IMG/VR virus record: IMGVR_UViG_3300015607_004160
Source: a virus
Lineage: Duplodnaviria; Caudoviricetes
Strand: one strand, 5' to 3'
Length of the DNA: 64,000 nt
The first letter of the stretch is position 1. Every line of letters begins with the position of its first letter. The notes below the pieces were generated by a model. That model saw only the letters and a list, made by a program, of their open reading frames with translations. It was not told the origin of the DNA and ran no database searches. This document shows, piece by piece, positions 42,240-52,511 of the stretch. A program made the translations under genes and the position numbers.

Positions 42240-42595
42240 TATCAACTGAAACACAGTATCTATATTGTATGAATGATGTAGGTGGAGAGGATTTTATTAC
42301 TACTTCATTTTCGTATTCTAATGAATCTGATAATATTCATATTTTTAATTTTAATCAAGTCGAATTTGATATAACGAGAATTAAATATGTGGCTATTGAT
42401 TATACATTAGATCCTTTCACATCATTTAATAAAAGATATACAAACTCTAATGCTTTACGGATTTTTAAAGTAAAATTTACTGAACAAGATTTTGATCGAA
42501 TGACGGTTACTCTATTGATCGAGGGGCAAATCAAATCATTTGATTTACAAAGTTATAAGAGGGATATAAAAATTGAAAACATTATAAATGAATAA
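42236..42595 (+). CDS. Hypothetical protein with C-terminal tag (RDIKIENII)
   Basis: 119-aa ORF. Confidence 0.7.
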   Translation: MISTETQYLYCMNDVGGEDFITTSFSYSNESDNIHIFNFNQVEFDITRIKYVAIDYTLDPFTSFNKRYTNSNALRIFKVKFTEQDFDRMTVTLLIEGQIKSFDLQSYKRDIKIENIINE

Positions 42596-43386
42596 AATTC
42601 ACAACATCGATTGTTTAGAAGGGATGAAAATGATGGATAAGGAATCTGTCGATTTAGTCATTACCTCTCCGCCATATTCTAATATGAAAGAGTATGTTGA
42701 TTTTAAAGGAATACACCCAGATGATTACGTTGAATGGTTCATGCCGATAATTAAAGAAATTTATAGAATTCTTAAACCAACTGGATCTTTTATCTTAAAC
42801 ATTAATGACAAAAGTCAATGATGGATTTAGGCATCCATATGTTTATGATTTGATATCAACTATTCACAAAGAAACGGAATTCAAAATGTATGATAGATTA
42901 TTTTGGAATAAAAAGAAGTCTATTCCTAATAAACATAGATTTGGAGATAAGGTTGAATATATATTCTGGTTTACTAAGGGGAAGGGGTTTAAAATTTATA
43001 TGGATGAGATGAGAACAGAATATAATAAATCCTCTATCAATAGAATGAAATATAAATTAAAAACAAGACATGCTCGCACTGAGGATAATCAAAATGCTAA
43101 TAATTATAAAGAATGGTCACCAAATTTAAAAGGTGCACTGCCCTCGACATTAATTGATATCTCTTCTGAGGTTAAAAGAGTATCAACTAAACATGTTGCA
43201 GTATTTCCCGAAAAGTTAATTGAATATTTTATAAAAGGTTCAACCAATGAAGGAGATGTTGTTTTAGACCCATTTATGGGTAGTGGAACTACTGGAGTTG
43301 TTTGTCACAAATTGAATCGTCAATGGGTGGGATTTGAAATTTCAAAGGACTATATAATAGAAGCAGAATCTAGAATATTTAGATAA
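42588..43386 (+). pseudogene. N4-cytosine/N6-adenine DNA methyltransferase (beta class), split by +1 A at ~42811 (likely sequencing indel)
   Basis: TSPPY in the first ORF; HVAVFP and DPFMGSGTT in the second; removing one A joins NINDK-VNDGFR. Confidence 0.85.
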
Positions 43387-43389
43387 AGA

Positions 43390-43899
43390 TTATTTAAAGA
43401 AAACTAATATTGATATTTTATCTTTTGAACCATAACTTACCTTTGTAGTAAATCCATAATATTCACATCTAGATGTTAGTGTTTTAATAGCCTTATATCT
43501 CTCGATCATCATGTCTATTGTACTTGAGTCAAAAATTTCATCCTCGGCCCATTTTGGTAAATCCTTTTGACTTTCATTTTTAAATTTAGTAAATGATATT
43601 ATTGACTTCATTGATAATATCCATTTATCAGGAATTCTACCATCCTTAAAGTACTGTCTTATTTTTTTACTACCAACCATTTGTGTCGAATTAACAGAGT
43701 GTGTATTATTAAGATTACTAATAGTTACATATCCTTTGGATATAACTACCTCGTCGACTTTACCTGAATATGATTCCTTAAACGTTTGAAATAAATCTAA
43801 TATCTCGGTAAATTCTGCTGGTAATTTATCTACACTTTTACCCAATAAATAGGTATTTTCAACTGACTCATTTATAATAATATCAGAAAACTTTTTCAT
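43390..43899 (-). CDS. Hypothetical protein with N-terminal tag (MKKFSDIIINES)
   Basis: 169-aa ORF. Confidence 0.7.
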   Translation of the reverse strand: MKKFSDIIINESVENTYLLGKSVDKLPAEFTEILDLFQTFKESYSGKVDEVVISKGYVTISNLNNTHSVNSTQMVGSKKIRQYFKDGRIPDKWILSMKSIISFTKFKNESQKDLPKWAEDEIFDSSTIDMMIERYKAIKTLTSRCEYYGFTTKVSYGSKDKISILVFFK

Positions 43900-44354
43900 T
43901 TTTTCATTTTTCTACTTTTTTTTAGAGCAGTTACCTCTTTTTGAAGCATTATTAATGTTTCTTCTATATTATTTAAAACTTCAGATTCTTTAAATTCTTC
44001 TTCCTCCTCATCTTCTTTTTGCATCTCATCAATATTATCACTGATTTCATCAACATTATCGCTGATCTCATCAACATCTTCTTGTATTATTTCAATGAAC
44101 TGATTACTTCTATTAACAGACATTTGTATAAAAATAGAAAGATATATCGCTTCTAATGAAACAATGGTTGTTAAAACTAACAGCATTTTTTCAAAAGGAA
44201 CAACTTCGAATATAGACAATAAAAAGGAACTACCGAATAGAATAGTATGTATCAATAATGACTGTATTGATCCTATCCATTTGATTGCGCGGTCTGGTGC
44301 CTTGTTTAATTTAATCATATCTTTTTTTGACGAGCCAGCAGTGTCCATAGACAT
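43896..44354 (-). CDS. DUF1003-like membrane protein with acidic coiled coil
   Basis: WIGS..H, LTTIVSLEAIYLSIFIQMSVNR. Confidence 0.7.
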   Translation of the reverse strand: MSMDTAGSSKKDMIKLNKAPDRAIKWIGSIQSLLIHTILFGSSFLLSIFEVVPFEKMLLVLTTIVSLEAIYLSIFIQMSVNRSNQFIEIIQEDVDEISDNVDEISDNIDEMQKEDEEEEEFKESEVLNNIEETLIMLQKEVTALKKSRKMKK

Positions 44355-44422
44355 TTCGTTTTATACTTCTACTTTTCAACACAACCCATTATTCACCAAA
44401 TAAAATAGAATTAAATTATATA

Positions 44423-44953
44423 TTAAAAAAGTAAGTTTATTTTTATTTCTCTTTCTAATGATCCGATGTAATCTCTAATATCTTCTCTTTTTGTATAGAA
44501 GACTTCTTTATTTATCCAATAGTCATAACTTTTTGATAGAAGTCTATTTTTTTGTATACTATATATCTCTTTAAACTCATCATAACATCCGTATTTTATT
44601 AGATATCTTGATAAATTATTTGTATAATCAAATCCTATTTTGTAGAATCCATCAAAAAAAACCGGATCTGTAATGTTTCTAACATATTGTGAAATATTAA
44701 TTTTATGGAATTCTTCATCGGTAAATTTTTGATCAAAAAATATTTGAGTGGATTTGAATAAAAAATCAATATTATTATTCTTTAAAATCTTAACTAATTG
44801 TAAAACATATTTAGCTATTTTTATATCTAAATATACCCAGATATCGTCTCCACTTTTAACTAAGATTGGAATTTTAGCAATATAATCCACATAGACAATA
44901 TTTTTAGATATTATCCACCTATCATTGGTCGGTATAATGCTTGATAAGTTCAT
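44423..44953 (-). CDS. Hypothetical protein with C-terminal tag (REIKINLL)
   Basis: 176-aa ORF. Confidence 0.7.
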   Translation of the reverse strand: MNLSSIIPTNDRWIISKNIVYVDYIAKIPILVKSGDDIWVYLDIKIAKYVLQLVKILKNNNIDFLFKSTQIFFDQKFTDEEFHKINISQYVRNITDPVFFDGFYKIGFDYTNNLSRYLIKYGCYDEFKEIYSIQKNRLLSKSYDYWINKEVFYTKREDIRDYIGSLEREIKINLLF

Positions 44954-45281
44954 AACTTATATTAAAATGTTTGATACCATAATCACTATCTAACATTTTT
45001 TTAAATTTTATTTTGTTGGTTTCTCTATTTCCAATTTTACTATCACTCGCCCATCGCCTATATCCACTTCCTTTTTTACCATATTTTTCCTTCCATTTAC
45101 TATCCTTTGTTGTATATGTCTTGTACATAAAATGATCGCGTGTTCCAATTTGGTCTATCCAAACGTGATTTTCAATAATATTTCCATTGGCATCACGATA
45201 TCTAGAATACCACTTCCGTTTTTTAAGACGTGTAATTATTTTTATTTTTTCTTTATGTCTTCTCCAATCCCTGGTTCTCAT
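44922..45281 (-). CDS. Basic hypothetical protein
   Basis: 119-aa Arg/Lys-rich ORF. Confidence 0.6.
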   Translation of the reverse strand: MRTRDWRRHKEKIKIITRLKKRKWYSRYRDANGNIIENHVWIDQIGTRDHFMYKTYTTKDSKWKEKYGKKGSGYRRWASDSKIGNRETNKIKFKKMLDSDYGIKHFNISYELIKHYTDQ

Positions 45282-45313
45282 AATATAAGATATTATATTT
45301 TATATATAGGTAT

Positions 45314-46843
45314 ATGAAAGTTTACAAATATAGTGAATTATTTGAGGCTAACCTATCTATTCAAGATTTGGAAAAAAGAAGTAGAGAAAATGGATCGAGA
45401 GGTGATGTTCTAGTTAAAAAATTGATCGATGGTGATCAACTAACTATCAATAAAAAAGGACAAAGAAAAAACATATCAGTTACGAACTCAGAAGATATTG
45501 TCTCGAATATTATAGATGACCGAGGCAAATATGACTCTGATTTAGGTGAGGTGATTTTTAAACCTAATTATAGATATGAAGATGTCATAGATGGTGATGA
45601 TGGTGAAAGATACAAACTAAATGATATCGAAAAAACATCTGACTTTGGAAGCAGTCGTGGTAGTAGCTTAGGCACACTAGAAACAAGAGCCGTGGAATCA
45701 TTACAATGTTTAATATTGGCATATAGACAGTTTAAAAGAACCCACATTAAAGAATCAGATTTTATTGATATACTACGTCTTAGTGATACTGAATTTAATG
45801 GGTATTTAGAATATGTCGATGCAATGAATATAACAAAAGATTTATTTGAAAATTATGTATCAGAATGGGGAATAACATTTTTAAAAACTGCAAATGCTTT
45901 ATTTTCTAAAAAGATTAAAATAACACCAAGAAATAAAATTGATATTATTTTAAGACCAGACATTCAATACAAATTCTACCAAGTATCTAGTAAAAATGGG
46001 GTTTGTGAAGCAATTAAAAGAGTATATCACATGTCAAAAGTGCCTTCAATATCTAAGTGGAATCCAGCGGATATATGGGCAGTTGATATTAATAATGAGC
46101 AAGAAATAATAAATGAAATTGAAAAGCATAAAAGTGTTTATGCATTAAATAAGGTAATAGATTACTATTTTGATAATAGACAGTTAGTTGGTATCTCACT
46201 CAAAAAGGTAGATGATAAAGATGAAAAAATAAAACTAGTTATTAATAAAATGACTAAACCACCAAAATATACATTTAGTGGTATTAAATTATCAGAAGAT
46301 GCTCTGTCAACAGCTAGTTTAAGAATTGAAGTTAATACATCCAGTGAAGTTGGATTTGGAAATGCTCCCTCTTACATGACAGTTAGATCATTTAGTGGAA
46401 GTAAAATTCAAAATATTAGTGGAGAAGTTGCTGGAAAGTCAGCTAGACAGGGAAAAATTAGTTTAGTTAAAATTAATGAGATTCTCAGAAAACACATTGG
46501 TGAAACAGTTCCTACAGTTTCAGAAATAGAGGAATATGGTTGGAACGATGAAGAGTTAAAAAGTGAAATTGAGGCTATTAATAATCGAATAGTTCGCAGA
46601 TATGGACATGTTGCTCCATCTAATAGGCAATATGTTGAAAATCGAATAAGACTCGTTTCAAAATATCAAGCTTTATTTTTAGCTTGGATATTTATAGAGA
46701 ATGAAGAAAAAAGAAAAAACAGAAGAGCTGAGTTAACTGTTGTCGACCAAACAGTTGAAGAAATGTTTCACTATGCGTTGTCCATAATGTTTGATATAAC
46801 TAAATCCGGAAGAACTCCAAAATACGTTAGAGTAGTTGACTAA
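45314..46843 (+). CDS. N-tagged protein with PD-(D/E)XK-like nuclease motif
   Basis: MKVYKYSELFEA; E..Q, KWNPADIW..LVGISLKK. Confidence 0.6.
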   Translation: MKVYKYSELFEANLSIQDLEKRSRENGSRGDVLVKKLIDGDQLTINKKGQRKNISVTNSEDIVSNIIDDRGKYDSDLGEVIFKPNYRYEDVIDGDDGERYKLNDIEKTSDFGSSRGSSLGTLETRAVESLQCLILAYRQFKRTHIKESDFIDILRLSDTEFNGYLEYVDAMNITKDLFENYVSEWGITFLKTANALFSKKIKITPRNKIDIILRPDIQYKFYQVSSKNGVCEAIKRVYHMSKVPSISKWNPADIWAVDINNEQEIINEIEKHKSVYALNKVIDYYFDNRQLVGISLKKVDDKDEKIKLVINKMTKPPKYTFSGIKLSEDALSTASLRIEVNTSSEVGFGNAPSYMTVRSFSGSKIQNISGEVAGKSARQGKISLVKINEILRKHIGETVPTVSEIEEYGWNDEELKSEIEAINNRIVRRYGHVAPSNRQYVENRIRLVSKYQALFLAWIFIENEEKRKNRRAELTVVDQTVEEMFHYALSIMFDITKSGRTPKYVRVVD

Positions 46844-46884
46844 ACTTAGTTGATAAATTTTTTTATAAATTAAAAATCATTTTA

Positions 46885-47231
46885 ATGGCCAAAGGCAAAT
46901 CAACAGCTAAATACATACACTCAGCAGGGATTTCCAATAATACCTCAGTGACATCAACTTATAATGGGGCACATTGATATATAATGGATCGTCAATAGGA
47001 TGGACTATACTTAAGTCTAAGTATATTATTTTAAATAGGGAAATTGAGGTAGAAGGTGATAAGGATTTTAATGTAGCATTATGTGTTTCACTGATAAATA
47101 CACTTGGAATAGAATATTATATCGAATTAAAAAAACAAGAAGTAAGTCTTCCCAAAGAAATTGATGATTTTTTAGAAAAGGAAATTGTTTCTTATTATAG
47201 AAATAAGACAATAGATGAAATCATGAAATAA
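46885..47231 (+). CDS. Hypothetical protein with C-terminal tag (RNKTIDEIM); apparent missing G at ~46967
   Basis: ATG 46885 frame (MAKGKST..) joins the 46974 frame if one G is added to the G-run. Confidence 0.6.
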
Positions 47232-47245
47232 ATATGATTCATATT

Positions 47246-47273
47246 AAACATGTGTTAGATATTTTTGTATATA
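47246..47273 (+). promoter_or_regulatory. Putative middle-class promoter AAAC-N18-TATA
   Basis: Upstream of the RNase H operon. Confidence 0.4.
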
Positions 47274-47286
47274 GTAAAAAACTTAA

Positions 47287-48264
47287 ATGATTTTAGTAGA
47301 TTTAATTGTTGATGGAAATTACCTATTGAACCGACAAGTATTTGCGTTACATAAAAATAATCTTTTGTTTGGAGCTTTATACAAAAGCTTAGAAATATCC
47401 ATCTCTAATTATAGAAAATGGTTTCCATTTGCAAACATCTATCTTGTATCTGATTCAAGAGAAAAATCTTGGAGAAAAAAGTTAAATAAAGAATACAAAG
47501 CTAATAGAAAGCAAAATAGTGATATCGATTGGGATTTTGTTTTTGAATCTTATATAGAGTTTAAAAATAATATAAAATATCATGGTATTAAAGTATTAGA
47601 ATCACCACATATAGAAGGCGATGATTGGATATCTTATATTACAAATAAATCTAATTCAGAAGGAAGATCTACCATAATTGTTTCTAATGATTATGATATT
47701 AAACAAATTGTTGGGTATAATTTAAATCCTCTCTGTATAAATATTATGTCTAATGAGATGCTGAATAAGCAAAAGCTTTTTTTACCAAAAAATTATCAAA
47801 TTTTTTTAAATGAGGTTAATAAATTAGATAACAATGACATTTTTAATTTGAATGATAATGTAGAGTTTATTAAATTACTCAATTCATTTATGGAGAAATA
47901 TGAAATACAAGAGGTTGATCCGATTGAATCACTAATTGTTAAAGTTATATCTGGAGATCAAAGTGATAACATTTCTTCAGTGTGGTCTATAGTTAAAAAT
48001 GGGAGAAAAAGAGGAATTGGTGAAAAAGGAGCAAAGTCTGTAGTTGATAACTATCATACAGAGTTTGGTGATATGAGTCTGTCCGATCCAGATTTGTTTG
48101 AAAATATAGCAGATTTGATTTGTGAAAAGAAAAATTTAAGTAAAACAACTATTTCTGAAATAAAAGATAACATAGTAAACAATATGAAACTTATTCACTT
48201 GGATATTAAATCACTTCCTAAGGAAGTAATAAGGAGAATGGAAAATGAATTTAATAAATCATAA
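47287..48264 (+). CDS. 5'-3' exonuclease / T4 RNase H (FEN-like)
   Basis: VDGNY, SWRK..YKANRK, EGDD, SNDYD, GDQSDNI, GIGEK. Confidence 0.88.
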   Translation: MILVDLIVDGNYLLNRQVFALHKNNLLFGALYKSLEISISNYRKWFPFANIYLVSDSREKSWRKKLNKEYKANRKQNSDIDWDFVFESYIEFKNNIKYHGIKVLESPHIEGDDWISYITNKSNSEGRSTIIVSNDYDIKQIVGYNLNPLCINIMSNEMLNKQKLFLPKNYQIFLNEVNKLDNNDIFNLNDNVEFIKLLNSFMEKYEIQEVDPIESLIVKVISGDQSDNISSVWSIVKNGRKRGIGEKGAKSVVDNYHTEFGDMSLSDPDLFENIADLICEKKNLSKTTISEIKDNIVNNMKLIHLDIKSLPKEVIRRMENEFNKS

Positions 48265-48793
48265 TAACTTACACGGAGAAGAAACCTTTGCTGAGTTTGT
48301 AATTAATAATAAAGAAAGTATCTTGAAAAGATGCACAAATACATTTCTTAAATCTACAAATAGTATATCAGGTAGTAAAGTTGAAAAAATCACTAGGTAT
48401 AATGTAGACTTGATTCGCAAATGGGGGTCAGCAATTAGCATCAATAGTTTATCAACCGACTTTACTGAAACACTTTGCTTTTTTTGTGAGGTGCTATCAC
48501 TTTATGATGAAAGATGTAAAATGAGTATGTCATATAATATTATTAATATAGATAATGAGCTAAAATTAGTATATGAAAGAATATCAAAATATAAACATAG
48601 GTCAAAGATTGTTGATAAATACTATAATTATCATACCGGTAAAACTGAATATCTATTGCAAGATGGATCATTTGTTCCAACGGGTGGTGTTCCCCCAACT
48701 ATAAATATGAATTATAAATATTTCCCAACTGAATTCTTACCTTTATTGGATGAATCAGAGTATAGAAATGCTAAAATAGACCAGATATTATGA
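48245..48793 (+). CDS. Hypothetical protein with C-terminal tag (RNAKIDQIL)
   Basis: 182-aa ORF. Confidence 0.7.
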   Translation: MNLINHNNLHGEETFAEFVINNKESILKRCTNTFLKSTNSISGSKVEKITRYNVDLIRKWGSAISINSLSTDFTETLCFFCEVLSLYDERCKMSMSYNIINIDNELKLVYERISKYKHRSKIVDKYYNYHTGKTEYLLQDGSFVPTGGVPPTINMNYKYFPTEFLPLLDESEYRNAKIDQIL

Positions 48794-49020
48794 CTAAAGT
48801 AGAACTGTATAAATACTATGATGTTGAAAACATAATTGGGGCAGATTCTATTATCTTTAAAATAACCTCAAAGTATGATAAAAGTGAGTATTATTTTACT
48901 TTTAATGCGTCTGAAATTCATGATTTTGTCGAGGATGGAACAATTTCAGAAAATATTTTAAATATGATTAGTGTATTAAGATCTGGTATAAGAAATTCTA
49001 GAATAGATCAAATTATATGA
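48790..49020 (+). CDS. Hypothetical protein with C-terminal tag (RNSRIDQII)
   Basis: 76-aa ORF. Confidence 0.65.
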   Translation: MTKVELYKYYDVENIIGADSIIFKITSKYDKSEYYFTFNASEIHDFVEDGTISENILNMISVLRSGIRNSRIDQII

Positions 49021-49085
49021 ATGATATTTTTGATTTTTGACTATTTATTTTTTATATATAATAGATACAAAAATAAAAATAATCA

Positions 49086-49922
49086 ATGAAAAAGTGTAGT
49101 AAATGTAAAATTGATAAAAATGAATCATCATATAGTAGAAGAAAGGCATCTAAAGATGGATTAAGCTATATTTGTAAGGAATGTAAGTGTGAAATTGATA
49201 AAGAATATAAAGATAATAATAGAGATTATATAAAAGGTTATATGAATAATTATTATGAAAATAATAAAGAATTAATTAAAAATAAAAGTAGCAAAAAGTA
49301 CCACGAAAATAAAGATACAATAAAGGAAGTTTTTAAGGAGTATTATATTAAAAACTCAGAAAAGATAAAAGAAAAATCTAACACCTACTACTATGATAAT
49401 AAAAAAGATATATTAGATAAAAGGAAATATGAGTACAATATCAATTCGGAAAAATATAAAGAAAAAAACAAAAGATGGATTGAAGAAAATCAGGAAATAG
49501 TCAAAAAATATAGAAGAGAATATTATTTAAAAAATAAAAAAAGAATTAAAGAATATAAAAAAAATTACTACATGAATAATAAAGAATATATTAATAAATA
49601 TATGAGAGATTATTGGATAAATAAAAAATATATAAAATCTTGGAGAAATATACTGTATAGATATTTAAAATATTTTTCAAAAGAAAAGAATGAAAGTACC
49701 TTAAATCTACTTGGATATACACCTGAGATGCTTAGAATTAAAATAGAATTTCAATTTAAGAGTGGTATGTCATGGGAAAATTATGGTGAATGGGAAATTG
49801 ACCACAAAAAGCCACTGTCTAAATTTGACATAAATTGCAATCCTAATATTGTAAACGCTCTTTGCAATCTACAACCACTTTGGAAAGGCGAAAATATTAA
49901 AAAAAGTAATAAATGGAAATAG
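49086..49922 (+). CDS. HNH homing endonuclease with Zn ribbon and Y..N.E.I repeats
   Basis: CSKC..CKEC; MSWENYGEWEIDHKKP..NLQPLW..EN..KSNK. Confidence 0.8.
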   Translation: MKKCSKCKIDKNESSYSRRKASKDGLSYICKECKCEIDKEYKDNNRDYIKGYMNNYYENNKELIKNKSSKKYHENKDTIKEVFKEYYIKNSEKIKEKSNTYYYDNKKDILDKRKYEYNINSEKYKEKNKRWIEENQEIVKKYRREYYLKNKKRIKEYKKNYYMNNKEYINKYMRDYWINKKYIKSWRNILYRYLKYFSKEKNESTLNLLGYTPEMLRIKIEFQFKSGMSWENYGEWEIDHKKPLSKFDINCNPNIVNALCNLQPLWKGENIKKSNKWK

Positions 49923-50323
49923 AAGATAATTTACTGGGTATATCGAATGCGTTTTTTAGCCACGATGATACATGGAAATTTGTAACAGATTCACAAAAGG
50001 AAAAATATTTTTTTATTTTTAATAGATATTTTTCTAAAAAATATCCTGATAAATCACAACTTCTGAACGATAAATTAATAAATAAGGTAGCCGCATTGGA
50101 TACTTGGTATCTATTTATGCTAAATATACCCTATCCAAAATGGTTTTGGTCTAAGTCAGAATCCTCAAAGACTAAGCCTGAAATAAGTGAAGATGAAATT
50201 ACTCAATTGATGATTGAGTTAGATTTGAAAAGAGAAGATATAGACATTTTAATTAAATATTATCCAAAGCTAATAAAAGAGGAATTGAAATATTATAAGG
50301 ATGCAAAAAAGCCAAATAAATAA
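49913..50323 (+). CDS. Hypothetical protein, possibly T4 gp62-like clamp loader small subunit
   Basis: YFFIFNRYFS..D..N..PKWFWSK loosely matches gp62; replication context. Confidence 0.4.
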   Translation: MEIEDNLLGISNAFFSHDDTWKFVTDSQKEKYFFIFNRYFSKKYPDKSQLLNDKLINKVAALDTWYLFMLNIPYPKWFWSKSESSKTKPEISEDEITQLMIELDLKREDIDILIKYYPKLIKEELKYYKDAKKPNK

Positions 50324-50615
50324 AGAATGTTTAATTCACTGGTCTTCAATCGGACGTGATTTTAAAAGTTACTTTCTTTTGGAGGAAAAAATATATGAAT
50401 TGAAGGTTTCTTTACCACTACGTATTGATAATGAGAAAGATGCAATAGAATGGATTAAAAATCTAGTAAGCTTTTCAAATGAAATAACACTTATTGAATT
50501 GCTAAATAATGAGGATAAAATAATGACAGAGACTAATCTTTTTAAAAAAAGAGTATCATTACTTATAAAAAAAGAAAGAGATAAAAAAATAAACACAATA
50601 ATAAATGGAAAGTAA
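50301..50615 (+). CDS. Hypothetical protein with C-terminal tag (RDKKINTII)
   Basis: 104-aa ORF. Confidence 0.65.
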   Translation: MQKSQINKECLIHWSSIGRDFKSYFLLEEKIYELKVSLPLRIDNEKDAIEWIKNLVSFSNEITLIELLNNEDKIMTETNLFKKRVSLLIKKERDKKINTIINGK

Positions 50616-51138
50616 AGCTAAATGGTATACCGTGAAGGTAATGTCAAACAGGGAAAGAATAGTATCAGAAAGACTTAAATCCGAAATGGATAGAAATGAA
50701 GTAGAATCAAAGGTTATTGTTCCTATGGAAAAGGTCTATTTTGCTAAAAATGGTAAAAAGGCACATCGTGACAAAATTATGTATCCAGGTTATATTTTTG
50801 TAGAAACAGCTAGTTTAGGTGTTTTACAAGAAGCACTTAAACTTGTATCGAATAATTCCGGCATTTTAAAATCAAAAACAGGAGAGCCATCCTTTCTTAG
50901 ACAAGATGAGATAGATAAGATGATCAATGATGCTAATAAACCTGAAGTAGATATTGACTTTCTCAACTTTGTAGTTGGTGAAACTGTTAGAATAAATGGT
51001 GGTCCTTTTGATAATTTTAAAGGTGAGGTTGAAGAAATTAATAAAGAAAAAGGTAAGGTTAAGGTAAATGTTCTTATCTTTGGTAGATCAACTCCAGTTG
51101 ATTTACAAATTGATCAAATTGAAAAAATAATCGAATGA
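50605..51138 (+). CDS. nusG: Transcription termination/antitermination factor NusG
   Basis: KWYTVKV..E, YPGYIFVE, KOW VGETVRINGGPFDNFKG..IFGRSTPVDL. Confidence 0.93.
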   Translation: MESKAKWYTVKVMSNRERIVSERLKSEMDRNEVESKVIVPMEKVYFAKNGKKAHRDKIMYPGYIFVETASLGVLQEALKLVSNNSGILKSKTGEPSFLRQDEIDKMINDANKPEVDIDFLNFVVGETVRINGGPFDNFKGEVEEINKEKGKVKVNVLIFGRSTPVDLQIDQIEKIIE

Positions 51139-51425
51139 GAAAAGAAGATTTAGAATTTTTTGAAAAATTAATAGGTGACTTAAATGCTGGATTCGGTAAG
51201 GAATATAATCTATTTGCATGTGAAGAAGGTATTAAAATATCCGAAGCGTTAAAAACCAAAGAAAAAATAATTGAGTTTCACAAATCTACATGGGAAGTCC
51301 AAAAAGAAATGGTGCCAACTATTGATGATGGCCACTCTGGGAATACATTTGGGTTGGCTTGTAAATTAGCCATTGCTTATATACCAATGATAAGAGATAA
51401 AAAAATTGATATTATAATAACTTAA
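51135..51425 (+). CDS. Hypothetical protein with C-terminal tag (RDKKIDIII)
   Basis: GHSGNTF motif; 96 aa. Confidence 0.7.
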   Translation: MRKEDLEFFEKLIGDLNAGFGKEYNLFACEEGIKISEALKTKEKIIEFHKSTWEVQKEMVPTIDDGHSGNTFGLACKLAIAYIPMIRDKKIDIIIT

Positions 51426-52168
51426 TGCAAACATCAAATTTGATATATGGAAACTGTTGTGTACTCTCACCTGAGGGTATTTTGATGTTTAGATGTAACA
51501 CTAAAAAAGTAAATTGGTATTTAAATAGAGGTCTTGCCTCAATAGTAAGTGACGACCCACTAACAATTAAGCTAAACTTTACTCCAAATGGGTTAGGAAA
51601 TCACAATAAAGGATATGGATTATCTAAAATGCATAATAAATGTGTTAATTGTGGAATAGAAGAAGGATTAACTAAACATCACGTCGTTCCTATAAGCTAT
51701 AGAAAATTCTTTTCTGAAGAAATAAAGTCTCACAATTTTCATGATGTTTTGCCTATGTGTGTTGAATGTCACGAAAAATATGAAAGAAAAGCTGATGAAT
51801 ATAAAAGGGAGCTAGCTTCTAAATATGAAGCCCCAATAGATGGACTCATTATAAATAAAAGTGATGTGCCTGTTAAATATATAAAAATGGCTCTTGCTCT
51901 TATTAAAGATTCAAAAATTCCAAGTAGGAGGAGAAAAGACATGAGGAATAAAATCAAATCCCAATTTAATCTGAAAAGATTGACTAGGAAAAAGATTAAA
52001 AAAATATCCGAAATAAAATCAACTATAGTTAAGAAAACACATGGGGAAATTGTTGTTAGTAAACTATCTAATATACCCTTGTTTATAGAGTCTTGGAGGA
52101 CACACTTTGTACAAAATAATGAATGTAATCATCTACCAGAAAACTGGAATATAAATTACAAATTGTAA
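51425..52168 (+). CDS. HNH-like nuclease resembling the EXD2 C-terminal domain
   Basis: YGNC..PEG..C..KK..WYL.RGLA; CVNCG..HHVVP..YRK..KSHNFHDVL.MC..CH. Confidence 0.7.
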   Translation: MQTSNLIYGNCCVLSPEGILMFRCNTKKVNWYLNRGLASIVSDDPLTIKLNFTPNGLGNHNKGYGLSKMHNKCVNCGIEEGLTKHHVVPISYRKFFSEEIKSHNFHDVLPMCVECHEKYERKADEYKRELASKYEAPIDGLIINKSDVPVKYIKMALALIKDSKIPSRRRKDMRNKIKSQFNLKRLTRKKIKKISEIKSTIVKKTHGEIVVSKLSNIPLFIESWRTHFVQNNECNHLPENWNINYKL

Positions 52169-52170
52169 TT

Positions 52171-52179
52171 TAATATATA
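52171..52179 (+). promoter_or_regulatory. Putative late promoter TAATATATA
   Basis: Upstream of 52197. Confidence 0.55.
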
Positions 52180-52196
52180 AAGAAAATAATTTTCCA

Positions 52197-52502
52197 ATGA
52201 AAAAATATCAAACTAATGATGGTTCTATAAATGAGAGCAAGGCTGAATTAAGCTTACTAAATAATTTGTTGGATTTTTACATATCAAAATACGCTTCTTC
52301 TTCAATAGAAGAGACTGAACAACACTTTCTAAATGCTCTTGGATCTTTGGTTGATAGAGGTGAAATTGATGAAAGGGTAGTTAAAGAATTTTTAGATGAT
52401 AAAGGAATCGAAGGTGATATTCCCAAATATCAACCAAAATCTCATAATTCTTCTTCTAATTATGATCCTTGTGGAAGAACTTCTTATAATTCTCACTGTT
52501 AA
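52197..52502 (+). CDS. Small protein with Ser/Asn-rich, Cys-terminated tail
   Basis: Ends SHNSSSNYDPCGRTSYNSHC. Confidence 0.7.
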   Translation: MKKYQTNDGSINESKAELSLLNNLLDFYISKYASSSIEETEQHFLNALGSLVDRGEIDERVVKEFLDDKGIEGDIPKYQPKSHNSSSNYDPCGRTSYNSHC

Positions 52503-52511
52503 ATAAAAATT

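Noticed and set aside
623-46970. Programmed frameshifting in rfbA (~664), 31460-31490, the methyltransferase (~42811) and 46885 (~46967)
   Set aside because: These are single-base indels of mixed sign, mostly in short homopolymers, with no shared slippery motif. Sequencing error is the simpler explanation; check against reads.
2020-49922. Group I introns or inteins around the homing endonucleases
   Set aside because: Flanking genes are intact and the endonucleases have their own starts; no intein termini were seen in topo II or primase.
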